IMG/VR virus record: IMGVR_UViG_3300009001_000010
Span: 53,280 to 73,279 of that record
Length of the DNA stretch: 20,000 bases
Source of the DNA: an uncultured virus (IMG/VR IMGVR_UViG_3300009001_000010)
Taxonomy: Duplodnaviria > Heunggongvirae > Uroviricota > Caudoviricetes
Strand: one strand, 5' to 3'
Part shown: positions 1-8,392 of the stretch, piece after piece
How the letters are laid out: every line of letters starts with the position of its first letter
How positions within the stretch are numbered: the first letter of the stretch is position 1
Notes under the pieces: generated by a model
Told to the model about the DNA's origin: nothing
Database searches by the model: none
Seen by the model: only the letters and a program-made list of their open reading frames with translations
Program-made: the position numbers and the translations under genes

Positions 1-1
1 G

Positions 2-466
2 TTTGTCATTATAAGATGAAATTTGTTTTAAAGAATAATCAAAAATATTTATATCAAAAGTTTGTTCTTGATTATTTTGTTTAAATAAAAAACATTTAAT
101 TAAATCTTGTTGAGAATATGTTTCTGAATTTAAAAGAAATAAATTATTTAATTCATCAGAAATTTCAGAAAAAGCAGTCGAGTCAGACCAACTATTTTCA
201 AAATAATTGATTCCAGAAAGAAAAGAAGAATATCTGTTAACAAGAGTAAAAAAAGGAATTTTTTTTTCTAGAAACGAAGAGTAAGTAGATTTTAAACTAT
301 AAGGAAAATTATATAAAAACCAATCTTTAGTCTTACGATTATAATAAATATCTTTATTTAAAATTTCAATAGAATTTAAATCTGAATTTAATTTAAAAAG
401 ATTGTTAATTTGAGAAAGCGTTTCAGGAGTGTAATCAGAAGTACAATAGTAATATTTTCTATTCAT
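2..466 (-). CDS. Hypothetical protein, partial (runs off the left edge of the window)
   Basis: Not in the ORF track. Manual translation from ATG at 466 (MNRKYYYCTSDYTPETLSQINNLF...) stays open to the window edge. The start overlaps the TAG stop of the 459..680 ORF. Confidence 0.75.
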   Translation of the reverse strand, partial: MNRKYYYCTSDYTPETLSQINNLFKLNSDLNSIEILNKDIYYNRKTKDWFLYNFPYSLKSTYSSFLEKKIPFFTLVNRYSSFLSGINYFENSWSDSTAFSEISDELNNLFLLNSETYSQQDLIKCFLFKQNNQEQTFDINIFDYSLKQISSYNDK

Positions 467-680
467 TTAAATGTTTAATAACCTTATTTAAAGTACGGAT
501 AGAATTAATAAAAAAATCATCATCAAAAGTTATTTGAAAATCATCTTCTACAATTAATGAATAATAATTACACTCTTCGCAAATTCCAAATGGAGAATTA
601 AAATCAATTGTTTTATATTCTTCATCAGTAAGTTGTCTCGAAAAAGCACATTCATCAAAAGAAAGACAAATTATTTTCAT
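459..680 (-). CDS. Small hypothetical protein with a CxxC motif
   Basis: 73-aa ORF overlapping both neighbours; contains CEEC. Confidence 0.6.
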   Translation of the reverse strand: MKIICLSFDECAFSRQLTDEEYKTIDFNSPFGICEECNYYSLIVEDDFQITFDDDFFINSIRTLNKVIKHLNE

Positions 681-1386
681 CTAAATAACTTTCATGTTTT
701 TGATTAGTAAGTTGATCAATTATAGCTAACCACGAATTTAAGGAATCTTCCATCGTAACATCATTGTCGTAATAATCTTTACACAACTTTAAATTTTTAA
801 TTTCTTCATCATGAAGTAAATTTTCATTAATATACTTTTTAACATAATCTAATATTTCAATAGATTTTAAAGATAAAGAAAATTCATACCTAGTTAAATA
901 CTTTTGAACTCTAGAAAGTATTTGAGTAATTTTAGAAGCAATTTCTTGTTTGCTTTTTAAACCTTCAAGTTGAAAAGAACGAATATCTAATTCATCTTTA
1001 GACCAAGATTTAAAAGTATCTAATGAAGTATAGATATTATTATTGTGTATAGCTACTGAAGCATTAACGAAATCATGCTTATAAATTAATTCTTCAGGAC
1101 TAATAAAATATTTTTTAATTAATTGACAATTTAAATTTAAAAAAGTATCAGCATTATCAGTAGATATAGGAGTTTCTATTTTAGATAATAGTGTAAAAGC
1201 TTTTTTATAATTCTCTTCAGATGCAAAATAAAAATCAATATCATGATATTCGCTAGAAGGAGAATAAACTAAATTAATCGCAAAAGAACCAGAAAGTATT
1301 GGTTCGCAATCAATTAAACCTGGAGCAATGGAATTTAACTTTTGTATGTATTTCGATATGACCTTATGATGATAAGGTATAATCAT
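655..1386 (-). CDS. Pol-beta superfamily nucleotidyltransferase (CCA-adding/poly(A) polymerase head-like)
   Basis: ILSGSFA...YHDIDFYF matches hG[GS]x9-13DhD. HDFVNASVAI resembles class II NTase motif B (RRDFTINAhA). The ATG at 1386, just after the stop of the Lon-like gene, is preferred over the track start at 1413. Confidence 0.7.
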   Translation of the reverse strand: MIIPYHHKVISKYIQKLNSIAPGLIDCEPILSGSFAINLVYSPSSEYHDIDFYFASEENYKKAFTLLSKIETPISTDNADTFLNLNCQLIKKYFISPEELIYKHDFVNASVAIHNNNIYTSLDTFKSWSKDELDIRSFQLEGLKSKQEIASKITQILSRVQKYLTRYEFSLSLKSIEILDYVKKYINENLLHDEEIKNLKLCKDYYDNDVTMEDSLNSWLAIIDQLTNQKHESYLDENNLSFF

Positions 1387-1390
1387 ATTA

Positions 1391-3013
1391 TTAAGTGTCG
1401 AAATTTGTAACAAAGCCTATCCTTTTCTTAGAAATAGAAATATTTTTATTAAATTTTAAATGAGTTTTTAATTTTATTTCATTTTTATAAGAAGAAGTTA
1501 AAATTTCTTTAGCTTTATTTCTTAAAAGTTTTTCTAGATGTTTTTTCATATCTCTTAAATTATAAGTTTTAGCAAAAAAATCTATAAGTTCTTGCTCTAA
1601 AATTAAATCATAAGAGTTCATATTGTATTTAGACAAAGCAGATTTAAATAAAAATTTAGTTAAAATAACTGTTTTTTCTTCAGTAGTATAATCTACAAAA
1701 TTAATTTGAAGCATACGATCTAAAAGAGGCGCAGGTATATTAGATTTAAAATTAGATGTACAAATAAATATGCATTTAGATAAATCTATAGGTATTTCTA
1801 AAAAACGATCAATAAATTTATCATTTTGTTCAGTATCTAAAAGTTCTAAAAGTGCTGCAAAAGGATCACCTTTATCTTTTGAAATTTTATCTATTTCATC
1901 TAAAAGTATAACAGGGTTTAAACTTTTAAGAGTAGACAAGCCTTGCACTATTCTACCTGGTTTAGAACCTACATAAGTACGTCTATGGCCACGTATTTCT
2001 GATTCATCTGAAATCCCACCTAAAGATATATGTAAAAAATCTCTATCTGTAGATTCGGCTATTTGTTTTGCAATAGATGTTTTACCAGTGCCCGGCGGAC
2101 CATCAAAAAGAAAAACTGCCCCATCTAAAGATTTTGTGAGCTCGTAAAGATAAAAGTATTCTAAAATAGATTCTTTGACATCATCTAAACCATAATGTTT
2201 TTGGTTTAAATCTTTTTCTATTTGAAGTGTTTCTTTGTTAGATTGACGTAAAGTAGACCAAGGCAAATTATCTAACAAATCAATATAATCTAATGTAGTT
2301 GAATATTCCGCAGAAGCGGTATTTATTTTTTCAAGACGAGTTCTTTCTTTAACATATTTTTCTTGAACATATTCTGGCCAAGATAAAAATCCAGATTCTT
2401 CAGAATCAATTACATCATTTTCGATAGATGAATGATCGTAAAGTAATAAAGTATCAAGTATGGCTTGGTAAATTAAAGTTCTTTTTTTAACTTGGCTTTC
2501 GGCTAAAAAGAATTCTAAATCATATGATAAAGCAGGAGTAAGATAAGCAAATATTTGATCATAAAGTGACGTATCTTCTATTTCCATCAAAGGAACATTA
2601 GCGCGAAGATAATTAAAAGCGTCATGAACATTTAAAAAAGTTAATATTAAATTAAGTTCTTTAGTTTTTTTGATTTTTTTAAAATCAATAACATCAAATG
2701 TAACTAAATCATTAGAACATTCTTTTACATTAGTTACTTTATTTAAAGAATGAAAAACAATATTTATTTCTTTTTTGCTTTCTACCAATTCTATCAAACT
2801 GCAAAGTACAGAAAAATTTAAATATTTTTCCTTTGAAGTTATCCTTAAAATAAAAACATCTTTATAAGTATTGGATTTATATTGATACTCGTCTGCTGTC
2901 AAAAAAATAAATTGCTTAGGCAATTTTCTTTTATCAAGATTAATTACATAATCATTTGCAGGATGAGGAATAATATATTCTTCAGATATTTCAAAATAAG
3001 GTAAGCTGGACAT
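1391..3013 (-). CDS. Lon-like AAA+ ATPase lacking the C-terminal protease domain
   Basis: Lon-type motifs LDNLPW, HYGLDDVKESILEY, Walker A GPPGTGKTS, LGGISDESEIRGHRRTYVGSKPGRI, Walker B LLDEIDK, GDPFAALLELLD, PLLDRM. Ends at 540 aa with KRIGF and has no PKDGPSAG protease motif. Confidence 0.85.
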   Translation of the reverse strand: MSSLPYFEISEEYIIPHPANDYVINLDKRKLPKQFIFLTADEYQYKSNTYKDVFILRITSKEKYLNFSVLCSLIELVESKKEINIVFHSLNKVTNVKECSNDLVTFDVIDFKKIKKTKELNLILTFLNVHDAFNYLRANVPLMEIEDTSLYDQIFAYLTPALSYDLEFFLAESQVKKRTLIYQAILDTLLLYDHSSIENDVIDSEESGFLSWPEYVQEKYVKERTRLEKINTASAEYSTTLDYIDLLDNLPWSTLRQSNKETLQIEKDLNQKHYGLDDVKESILEYFYLYELTKSLDGAVFLFDGPPGTGKTSIAKQIAESTDRDFLHISLGGISDESEIRGHRRTYVGSKPGRIVQGLSTLKSLNPVILLDEIDKISKDKGDPFAALLELLDTEQNDKFIDRFLEIPIDLSKCIFICTSNFKSNIPAPLLDRMLQINFVDYTTEEKTVILTKFLFKSALSKYNMNSYDLILEQELIDFFAKTYNLRDMKKHLEKLLRNKAKEILTSSYKNEIKLKTHLKFNKNISISKKRIGFVTNFDT

Positions 3014-3019
3014 AATAAT

Positions 3020-3061
3020 CCCTTAACACGATTATAAAAAAACTATAATCAATGCTAAGGG
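3020..3061 (-). promoter_or_regulatory. Hairpin in the 5' leader of the Lon-like gene that covers its Shine-Dalgarno and contains a TATAAT
   Basis: Minus-strand CCCTTAGCA-T-TGATTATAG / TTTTT / TTATAATCG-TGTTAAGGG forms about 18 bp including G-U pairs. The 3' arm carries AAGGG, ending 6 nt before the ATG at 3013. Confidence 0.55.
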
Positions 3062-3071
3062 AAAATCAAAA

Positions 3072-3377
3072 TTAGTTTCTAGAAAATCGAGTATATCCAG
3101 AAACAACAGCAGGTGAAGACTGTTGAAAAGAAGTCATGGGAGTATATGAATTAGATTGCTGAGGAGTTTGTGAATTTTGTAAAAGCAAAGAAGTCATAGA
3201 AGTATATGAAGGTGAAGGAAGAATTTCATCAAAATCTGTTACTTCAAAAGAAAGAAACTCTTCGTTATTTTCAAAACGATGATAAAGAATATCAATAGCT
3301 TCGTTTAAAGAAGAAGCCTCAATATTTTGAGCTGTGTGACGGGAAGTTACTCTTAAAGTTAAATTGTATGTAGGCAT
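3072..3377 (-). CDS. Hypothetical protein with a low-complexity S/Q/T-rich C-terminus
   Basis: 101-aa ORF with AAGGA SD upstream; internal repeat SYTSMTS/SYTPMTS. Confidence 0.7.
   Translation of the reverse strand: MPTYNLTLRVTSRHTAQNIEASSLNEAIDILYHRFENNEEFLSFEVTDFDEILPSPSYTSMTSLLLQNSQTPQQSNSYTPMTSFQQSSPAVVSGYTRFSRN
3127..3210. repeat. 24-bp imperfect direct repeat, 2 copies, 60-bp period, inside a CDS
   Basis: aaagaagtcatgggagtatatgaa (3127-3150) versus aaagaagtcatagaagtatatgaa (3187-3210); 22/24 identical and in frame. Confidence 0.8.
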
Positions 3378-3386
3378 ACATAATCC

Positions 3387-3641
3387 TTAATTAAGTTTAT
3401 TTATTAAAGAAGAAAAAATCTTTTCATTTTCTTCTTCAAGAAGAGAAATTTTTTGCTTTAATTTTTTGTTTTCTTCAAGCATAATAAAGTATTTTAATTG
3501 TTCTGGAGTCATGTAAGGTTTTTTATAAATATATTTATATGTAAAGAGTTTAGACAAATACATTAAATAATGTATTAAAAAACCAGCTCCAGTAAACATT
3601 AATACACCAATTATAACTTTTGGAATATAAAAGTGATACAT
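3387..3641 (-). CDS. Small membrane protein with a C-terminal coiled coil
   Basis: N-terminal hydrophobic segment VIIGVLMFTGAGFLIHYLMYL; heptad-like LEENKKLKQKISLLEEENEK. Confidence 0.65.
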   Translation of the reverse strand: MYHFYIPKVIIGVLMFTGAGFLIHYLMYLSKLFTYKYIYKKPYMTPEQLKYFIMLEENKKLKQKISLLEEENEKIFSSLINKLN

Positions 3642-3760
3642 TTTAAATCCAAATAAGTCTTAGACTTTTAAATGTTGATACTAATATATTTATTGTTTCA
3701 ATAATTTTTGGTATGTTAAATAATAAAGATAACATTTTTTTCCTTTTTTGAGAGATTTTA
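3642..3760. promoter_or_regulatory. Divergent intergenic region, probably carrying promoters for both strands
   Basis: The only divergent gene junction in the window. AT-rich, with palindrome aagtct-t-agactt (3655-3667). No unambiguous -35/-10 pair assigned. Confidence 0.4.
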
Positions 3761-4666
3761 ATGAAAAAATTAATTACTTATAATTTAAATTCATCTAAAA
3801 AACACGGTTGGACTCCAGAGTGGTTTGGAGCAGATTCTTTTGACGAGTCTTTAATTAAAAAAATTAAAGAATTTCAAAAAGAATATCAACTAGAAAGTGA
3901 TGGCCTTGTAGGACCTTCAACTTTAAGAAGACTTGAAACAAAACTTCTTGAAGAAGAAAGTTATAGTATCAAAAACAAACGTTTTAAAAATGAAGATAAA
4001 TATATTGTATATAATAATAAAAAGTTTCCCATTGCGTGGAATAAAGTAATACTTTGGGATGAATCCAGAGGATTAAAAGCTAAAGAGGGATGCTATTATG
4101 ATTGGTCAGGAAGACCTGATAGAAAACCTATTCAATTTGTAAACCATTGGGACGCAACATTATCTAGCGAAGCTTGCGCTAAGATTATTAATAAGAGAGG
4201 CTTATCTATGCATTTCTTAATTGATAATGATGGAACTATATATCAGATGCTAGACATCCAACATGTGGCTTGGCAAGCTGGATCTAAATTGTGGAATACT
4301 AATGGTATTGGAGTAGAAATTAGTAATGCTTTTTACACTAAATATCAGAACTGGTATGTAAAAAATGGTTTTGGTGAAAGACCAATTGTTACTTCTGAAG
4401 TAAATAGTAAAAAAGTAGGACCGCACTTAGATTTCTATCCAGTACAACTGCAAGCGCTAGCTGCTTTATGGGCAGCCATTGCAGATTCAACAGGAATGAA
4501 TTTAGAAGTATGTAATACTAAAGGGGTAGATGAAGATTGCAGAACAATGAAATTTAATGGTTTTGTAAACCATTATAATTTAACTGCTAATAAAATTGAT
4601 TGCGCATCTTTAAATATGGAAAAAATATTAAAGATGGCAAAAGATTTCAGTCAGCAGAATTGTTAG
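3761..4666 (+). CDS. N-acetylmuramoyl-L-alanine amidase (Amidase_2) with an N-terminal peptidoglycan-binding domain; putative endolysin
   Basis: PG_binding_1-like IKEFQKEYQLESDGLVGPSTLRRL. Amidase motifs NHWD, SMHFLIDNDGTIYQ, AWQAG, NGIGVEISN, NHYNLTANKIDC. Confidence 0.85.
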   Translation: MKKLITYNLNSSKKHGWTPEWFGADSFDESLIKKIKEFQKEYQLESDGLVGPSTLRRLETKLLEEESYSIKNKRFKNEDKYIVYNNKKFPIAWNKVILWDESRGLKAKEGCYYDWSGRPDRKPIQFVNHWDATLSSEACAKIINKRGLSMHFLIDNDGTIYQMLDIQHVAWQAGSKLWNTNGIGVEISNAFYTKYQNWYVKNGFGERPIVTSEVNSKKVGPHLDFYPVQLQALAALWAAIADSTGMNLEVCNTKGVDEDCRTMKFNGFVNHYNLTANKIDCASLNMEKILKMAKDFSQQNC

Positions 4667-5009
4667 GCCTTCTAATTAAAGAAATATCATCTACAACAAC
4701 TTCAAAAGCATTAAAATAAATTCCTTCTTTTTGAATACTTCGAGTACGTAAATGGCCGACAAGTCGAACTTTGTCACCTTTTTTAAAATTACTGCAAATC
4801 ATTTCAGCTTTATTAGCCCAAGCTACAACTGGAATTTTAGAAGTTCTTTTTTTGTAAGTAGATTCTTCTGAGTCTACTTTGCTTTTATAATTACTATCTA
4901 CATATAAATTAAAATTAGTAACAGCTTTTTGATTATCAAAAGTATGTCGAAGCTCAGGGTCACAACTAATGTTACCTTCACCAATCCATTGATTCATATT
5001 ACGTGACAT
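4647..5009 (-). CDS. ssb: Single-stranded DNA-binding protein, short form with no acidic tail
   Basis: MNQWIGEGNISCDPELRHT...VAWANKAE...FKKGDKVRLVGHLRTR is an SSB OB-fold pattern. The ATG at 5009 is preferred over the track start at 5069, which lies inside thyX. Confidence 0.85.
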   Translation of the reverse strand: MSRNMNQWIGEGNISCDPELRHTFDNQKAVTNFNLYVDSNYKSKVDSEESTYKKRTSKIPVVAWANKAEMICSNFKKGDKVRLVGHLRTRSIQKEGIYFNAFEVVVDDISLIRRPNNSAD

Positions 5010-5019
5010 AAAAAGTTCC

Positions 5020-5841
5020 TTACAAAGATTGTAATGTTTTAATAAAGTTTTGTTTTTCTTGAATATCAAGAGATTTAAAATAACTTAAAGCTAAAGATGA
5101 TTTCTTTTCATCTTTTGCTAAATTATATAATGAGAAAGTTAAAGGCCAAACTTCAGCAGCTAATTCTTTACAAGCAATAGCTAAGTCTTGTATTTCTTCT
5201 TGAGCGCCTTCATGTATTCTTAAATCGCAAAATTTAAAAAAATTATTTAGGTTAACAGTAGCCCAATAGTGAGTATATAAATTTTGAGGAAGAACCATGC
5301 GAGCTTGCTCTCTAGCTACTCCAGCATCAATCATCTGATTATACAATTGTAAAGAATTACTAACATGATCTTGTAAAGCTTTGTCTGCTTTACAATCATA
5401 ATTCATAGTAGTTCCTTCGATAATATGCAAAACAGGATTGTGCTCAGATCCACTGATACTAGCTTGTCTATTAGACTTAGATTGCTGGCGAAAATTAACA
5501 GGCATATAAAAATCTAAATCTTTATCAGTATATCGCCTGCTTATTTCATTATAAGACCAAGTTCTATGCCTCATATGTTGTCTAGCAACAAATAAAGGCG
5601 TCTTGATGGCAAAAGTTAAAGTGTTATGCTCAAGTATAGAAGTATGACCTTCTCTAACGCAGTATTTATAAAGTTTTTTATCTCTTTCAGTAAGAGAGTC
5701 GACCTCGACACCAAAAGACGCTCTAGCAGCATTTACGGGTGTAATAACATCATCACCCATATAATTAACTAGCTCAACGTAACCAGTATTAGTAGGTGAG
5801 TTTTTTTGATATAAAATTTTTGTTAATTTATATTCATTCAA
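5020..5841 (-). CDS. thyX: Flavin-dependent thymidylate synthase
   Basis: ThyX signature RHRx7S (RHRTWSYNEISRRY); also HTSILEH, AREQARMVLP, LRIHEGAQEEI. Confidence 0.95.
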   Translation of the reverse strand: MNEYKLTKILYQKNSPTNTGYVELVNYMGDDVITPVNAARASFGVEVDSLTERDKKLYKYCVREGHTSILEHNTLTFAIKTPLFVARQHMRHRTWSYNEISRRYTDKDLDFYMPVNFRQQSKSNRQASISGSEHNPVLHIIEGTTMNYDCKADKALQDHVSNSLQLYNQMIDAGVAREQARMVLPQNLYTHYWATVNLNNFFKFCDLRIHEGAQEEIQDLAIACKELAAEVWPLTFSLYNLAKDEKKSSLALSYFKSLDIQEKQNFIKTLQSL

Positions 5842-6167
5842 AACTGTATACCATCTTCATTAAGAGAAGTTTGTTGAGAATTGTTACGAAGATTTTCTAA
5901 TTCAGAATATTGGCAAAAAGCAATAATGATTAAATCATAATAATATTTTTGCAATTTTTTTAAAAATTCTTCTTTTTGATTGGATTTTAAAGTATTTGCA
6001 AATTCGCTAGAATAATAATAAAATTCAGAATCAGAAATGTGAGTTAAAATATTTTGAATTGCTTTTAATAAATCCTGAGGATTATAATGAGGTTCGGAAT
6101 AATATTTAATAAGATAATTTGATTTCAAATTATCTTTCAAAAATTCATTTTGATTAGATGTAAACAT
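5838..6167 (-). CDS. Hypothetical protein
   Basis: 109-aa ORF; its stop overlaps the thyX start (ATGA). Confidence 0.6.
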   Translation of the reverse strand: MFTSNQNEFLKDNLKSNYLIKYYSEPHYNPQDLLKAIQNILTHISDSEFYYYSSEFANTLKSNQKEEFLKKLQKYYYDLIIIAFCQYSELENLRNNSQQTSLNEDGIQF

Positions 6168-6172
6168 AGTAA

Positions 6173-6871
6173 TTAAACCTCTGAAAGGTCTTGCGGCTCT
6201 GGGCTTGGTTGATTAGTCTCTTCTGTAGAATCTGAAGTTAATTTAATATTTTTAATTAAATCAGAATTTAAATGATTGGGAGTATTAACAACTTCATTTG
6301 CATCTACGTTATAACTTGGAGGATTCGGGCCAGAAGACAAAAATAAAACTGTTTCTCCGAGAGGAGATTCTTTAATTAAAGTACACCCTCTAACGGCTTT
6401 ATTTGGACCAGTTCTATTTGGCCAATTAAAACTATTAACCATATTGATAAACTCTGAAATAAAAGTATTATTTGCTAAATGTTTATCAAAGTCTTCAAAA
6501 ACTGCTGTTTCTAAACTAACAGTATTTTCTTTTTTATTAAACTCAATTTTAACTTCTGGAGTTGCCAGAGTTAAAGTCCTATTATTAAAGCTTTGAAAAT
6601 GATTTTTCTTGGGCTTGTAAATTTTAGTATTAGTTTTTGTCATTGATGTTTCAATTAAAAACTTTCTAAAAGCTGTAACTTCGTTTTCAGAAAAATAAAC
6701 ATTTAATGCTGTAAGGAAAGCATTGTAATTTAAATTTTTATTTTCTAAATAAAAATTAGTAGCCTCAGTATAAGCAACATCAATTTCTTGATTAAAATAA
6801 TTTAAAATAGTGCTGTATACATATTTCCAGTCCCCCATAGGAACTGTTAAAGATCCATAAATCTTACTCAT
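6173..6871 (-). CDS. Hypothetical protein
   Basis: Long ORF. The ATG at 6871 (MSKIYG...) is preceded by AGGA and coupled to the TGA of the upstream small ORF, so it is preferred over the TTG at 6898. Confidence 0.7.
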   Translation of the reverse strand: MSKIYGSLTVPMGDWKYVYSTILNYFNQEIDVAYTEATNFYLENKNLNYNAFLTALNVYFSENEVTAFRKFLIETSMTKTNTKIYKPKKNHFQSFNNRTLTLATPEVKIEFNKKENTVSLETAVFEDFDKHLANNTFISEFINMVNSFNWPNRTGPNKAVRGCTLIKESPLGETVLFLSSGPNPPSYNVDANEVVNTPNHLNSDLIKNIKLTSDSTEETNQPSPEPQDLSEV

Positions 6872-7029
6872 TTGTTTTCCTGTAATATGATTTTGCAATA
6901 AGAATATTTAAATCCATATGCATGAATTTTAGGTTTAAGACAAATATATTTATATTTTTTTTTGCTAGAAGGAAATAGAAAAAAGAAAATAAACATAAAA
7001 AATATTAATAATAAAGAAAAATAGTTCAA
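6868..7029 (-). CDS. Small membrane protein, 53 aa (not in the ORF track)
   Basis: MNYFSLLLIFFMFIFFFLFPSSKKKYKYICLKPKIHAYGFKYSYCKIILQENK. Its TTG start overlaps the SLT stop, its stop overlaps the next ATG, and it fills the gap exactly. Confidence 0.55.
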   Translation of the reverse strand: MNYFSLLLIFFMFIFFFLFPSSKKKYKYICLKPKIHAYGFKYSYCKIILQENK

Positions 7030-7526
7030 AGAGAATTCTCTAAATCTAAATAGTATTTTTGAAATACTTTAGCATTATGAAGTATTTTTTTAGAATACAA
7101 AGGGTAATTGCATTTAACTCCTGTAGAATAGCATTGCAAAGCTTTTTCAATATTAGGAATTTTTAAAAATTCATATTTATATTTTTGCAAAACATATGCT
7201 CCAGCTTCTATAGCTAAATCTGGGGCACCTAAAAGAAAATCGCATTCTTGACCCAAATAACGAGGAATGACTTGCGTTAAACCACAAGCCCCTACGCTAC
7301 TTGTTAAATTAGAAATCCATCTAGATTCTTGATAAATTAAAGCTGCTAAAATAAAAGGATTAATTTTATTTTCTTCTGCAGATAAAACAAGATCTTCTGA
7401 ATATTTACAAAAATTAATTAAACCTTCAGATTTAATATTTATTTTGTGATCTAAATGCACATTGTAAAAAGATACGCAAAGTATAGCTGAATTAATCTTT
7501 GCTAAAAATAAACTCGTCAGACTCAT
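7026..7526 (-). CDS. Soluble lytic transglycosylase (SLT domain)
   Basis: INPFILAALIYQES (catalytic Glu), SSVGACGLTQV, AIEAGAYVL, ALQCYSTG. Confidence 0.85.
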   Translation of the reverse strand: MSLTSLFLAKINSAILCVSFYNVHLDHKINIKSEGLINFCKYSEDLVLSAEENKINPFILAALIYQESRWISNLTSSVGACGLTQVIPRYLGQECDFLLGAPDLAIEAGAYVLQKYKYEFLKIPNIEKALQCYSTGVKCNYPLYSKKILHNAKVFQKYYLDLENSL

Positions 7527-7725
7527 AATGTAATAAAGATTCTTCGTCTTCTAATAAAAGAGTTGTATCTTGGTCTTCAAGTAAACCTACATACTTATAA
7601 TCAAAATAAAGAGAGCCTTCATTAAAATCTATAGTAATTTTAGATTCTCTCATAAGAGTATTAAGATCGTTTAAAAAAGTATTTATTCTTTTTTTATATT
7701 CATTACTGTAATTATAACAACTCAT
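7492..7725 (-). CDS. Acidic hypothetical protein
   Basis: 77-aa ORF with AGGA upstream. Confidence 0.55.
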   Translation of the reverse strand: MSCYNYSNEYKKRINTFLNDLNTLMRESKITIDFNEGSLYFDYKYVGLLEDQDTTLLLEDEESLLHYESDEFIFSKD

Positions 7726-7738
7726 TTATATAAATATC

Positions 7739-8392
7739 CTATCTTTTCCAAGGGTTTTGTTGAGTATAAAAATTACTTTTAGAATTTTCAAGGTTTTTAC
7801 CTACATTATAAGTATAATAATTATAAGAACCTCTTTCATTTAAAGCTTTTCTAAAAGTAATGCTATATCTAATTTGTTCAAAATTATCAATTTTAGGAAC
7901 ACTGTGCTGATAATCTTTTTGACAATTATTTTGCATAATAAATAAATCGCCATGAGAAAGATTCCAAGATTGAGTTTGTTTAGTTTCTTTATTCTTTAAA
8001 CAAAAAGGTCTAGAAGCTCCTAAAGTTAAAGAAGGTATCATAGGGTTTTTACCTAAAAAGATTTCATCATCAGAATGGTATGCAATAGAATCTTTACCGT
8101 TTCTATACTTTGCAAAAAGCATAAAATTAAATTCTTGTTTTGCAAAATCTTGAATCAATAATTTTAATTCAACAAGTTTATCTGGGATCGGAGAGGGTTT
8201 TATATTATTGACTGGATAATATAAATTATTGTGAAAACCTGCACACCAAGTTTCTCTAGGAGTTTGAACGTAACCTCTTTCAGGTTTAAAATATCTTACT
8301 TGACGCCAAGGAATTTCATTTTCTAAATAACTTAATAAATAATCAGCCTCGTTCTTATAAAGAAACTGAGGGTGATACTGGTAATGACTCAT
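7739..8392 (-). CDS. AlkB-family 2OG-Fe(II) dioxygenase (ALKBH2/3-like)
   Basis: YRNGKDSIAYHSDDE (HxD), SLTLGASRPF, LSHGDLFIM, HSVPK, RYSITFR. The ATG at 8392 (MSHYQY) is preferred. Confidence 0.9.
   Translation of the reverse strand: MSHYQYHPQFLYKNEADYLLSYLENEIPWRQVRYFKPERGYVQTPRETWCAGFHNNLYYPVNNIKPSPIPDKLVELKLLIQDFAKQEFNFMLFAKYRNGKDSIAYHSDDEIFLGKNPMIPSLTLGASRPFCLKNKETKQTQSWNLSHGDLFIMQNNCQKDYQHSVPKIDNFEQIRYSITFRKALNERGSYNYYTYNVGKNLENSKSNFYTQQNPWKR

Noticed and set aside
1770..1976. Plus-strand 68-aa ORF
   Set aside because: Antisense shadow inside the conserved Lon AAA+ domain.
655..3013. Frameshifted or split full-length lon pseudogene
   Set aside because: The downstream ORF has nucleotidyltransferase motifs, and I saw no Lon protease motif there.
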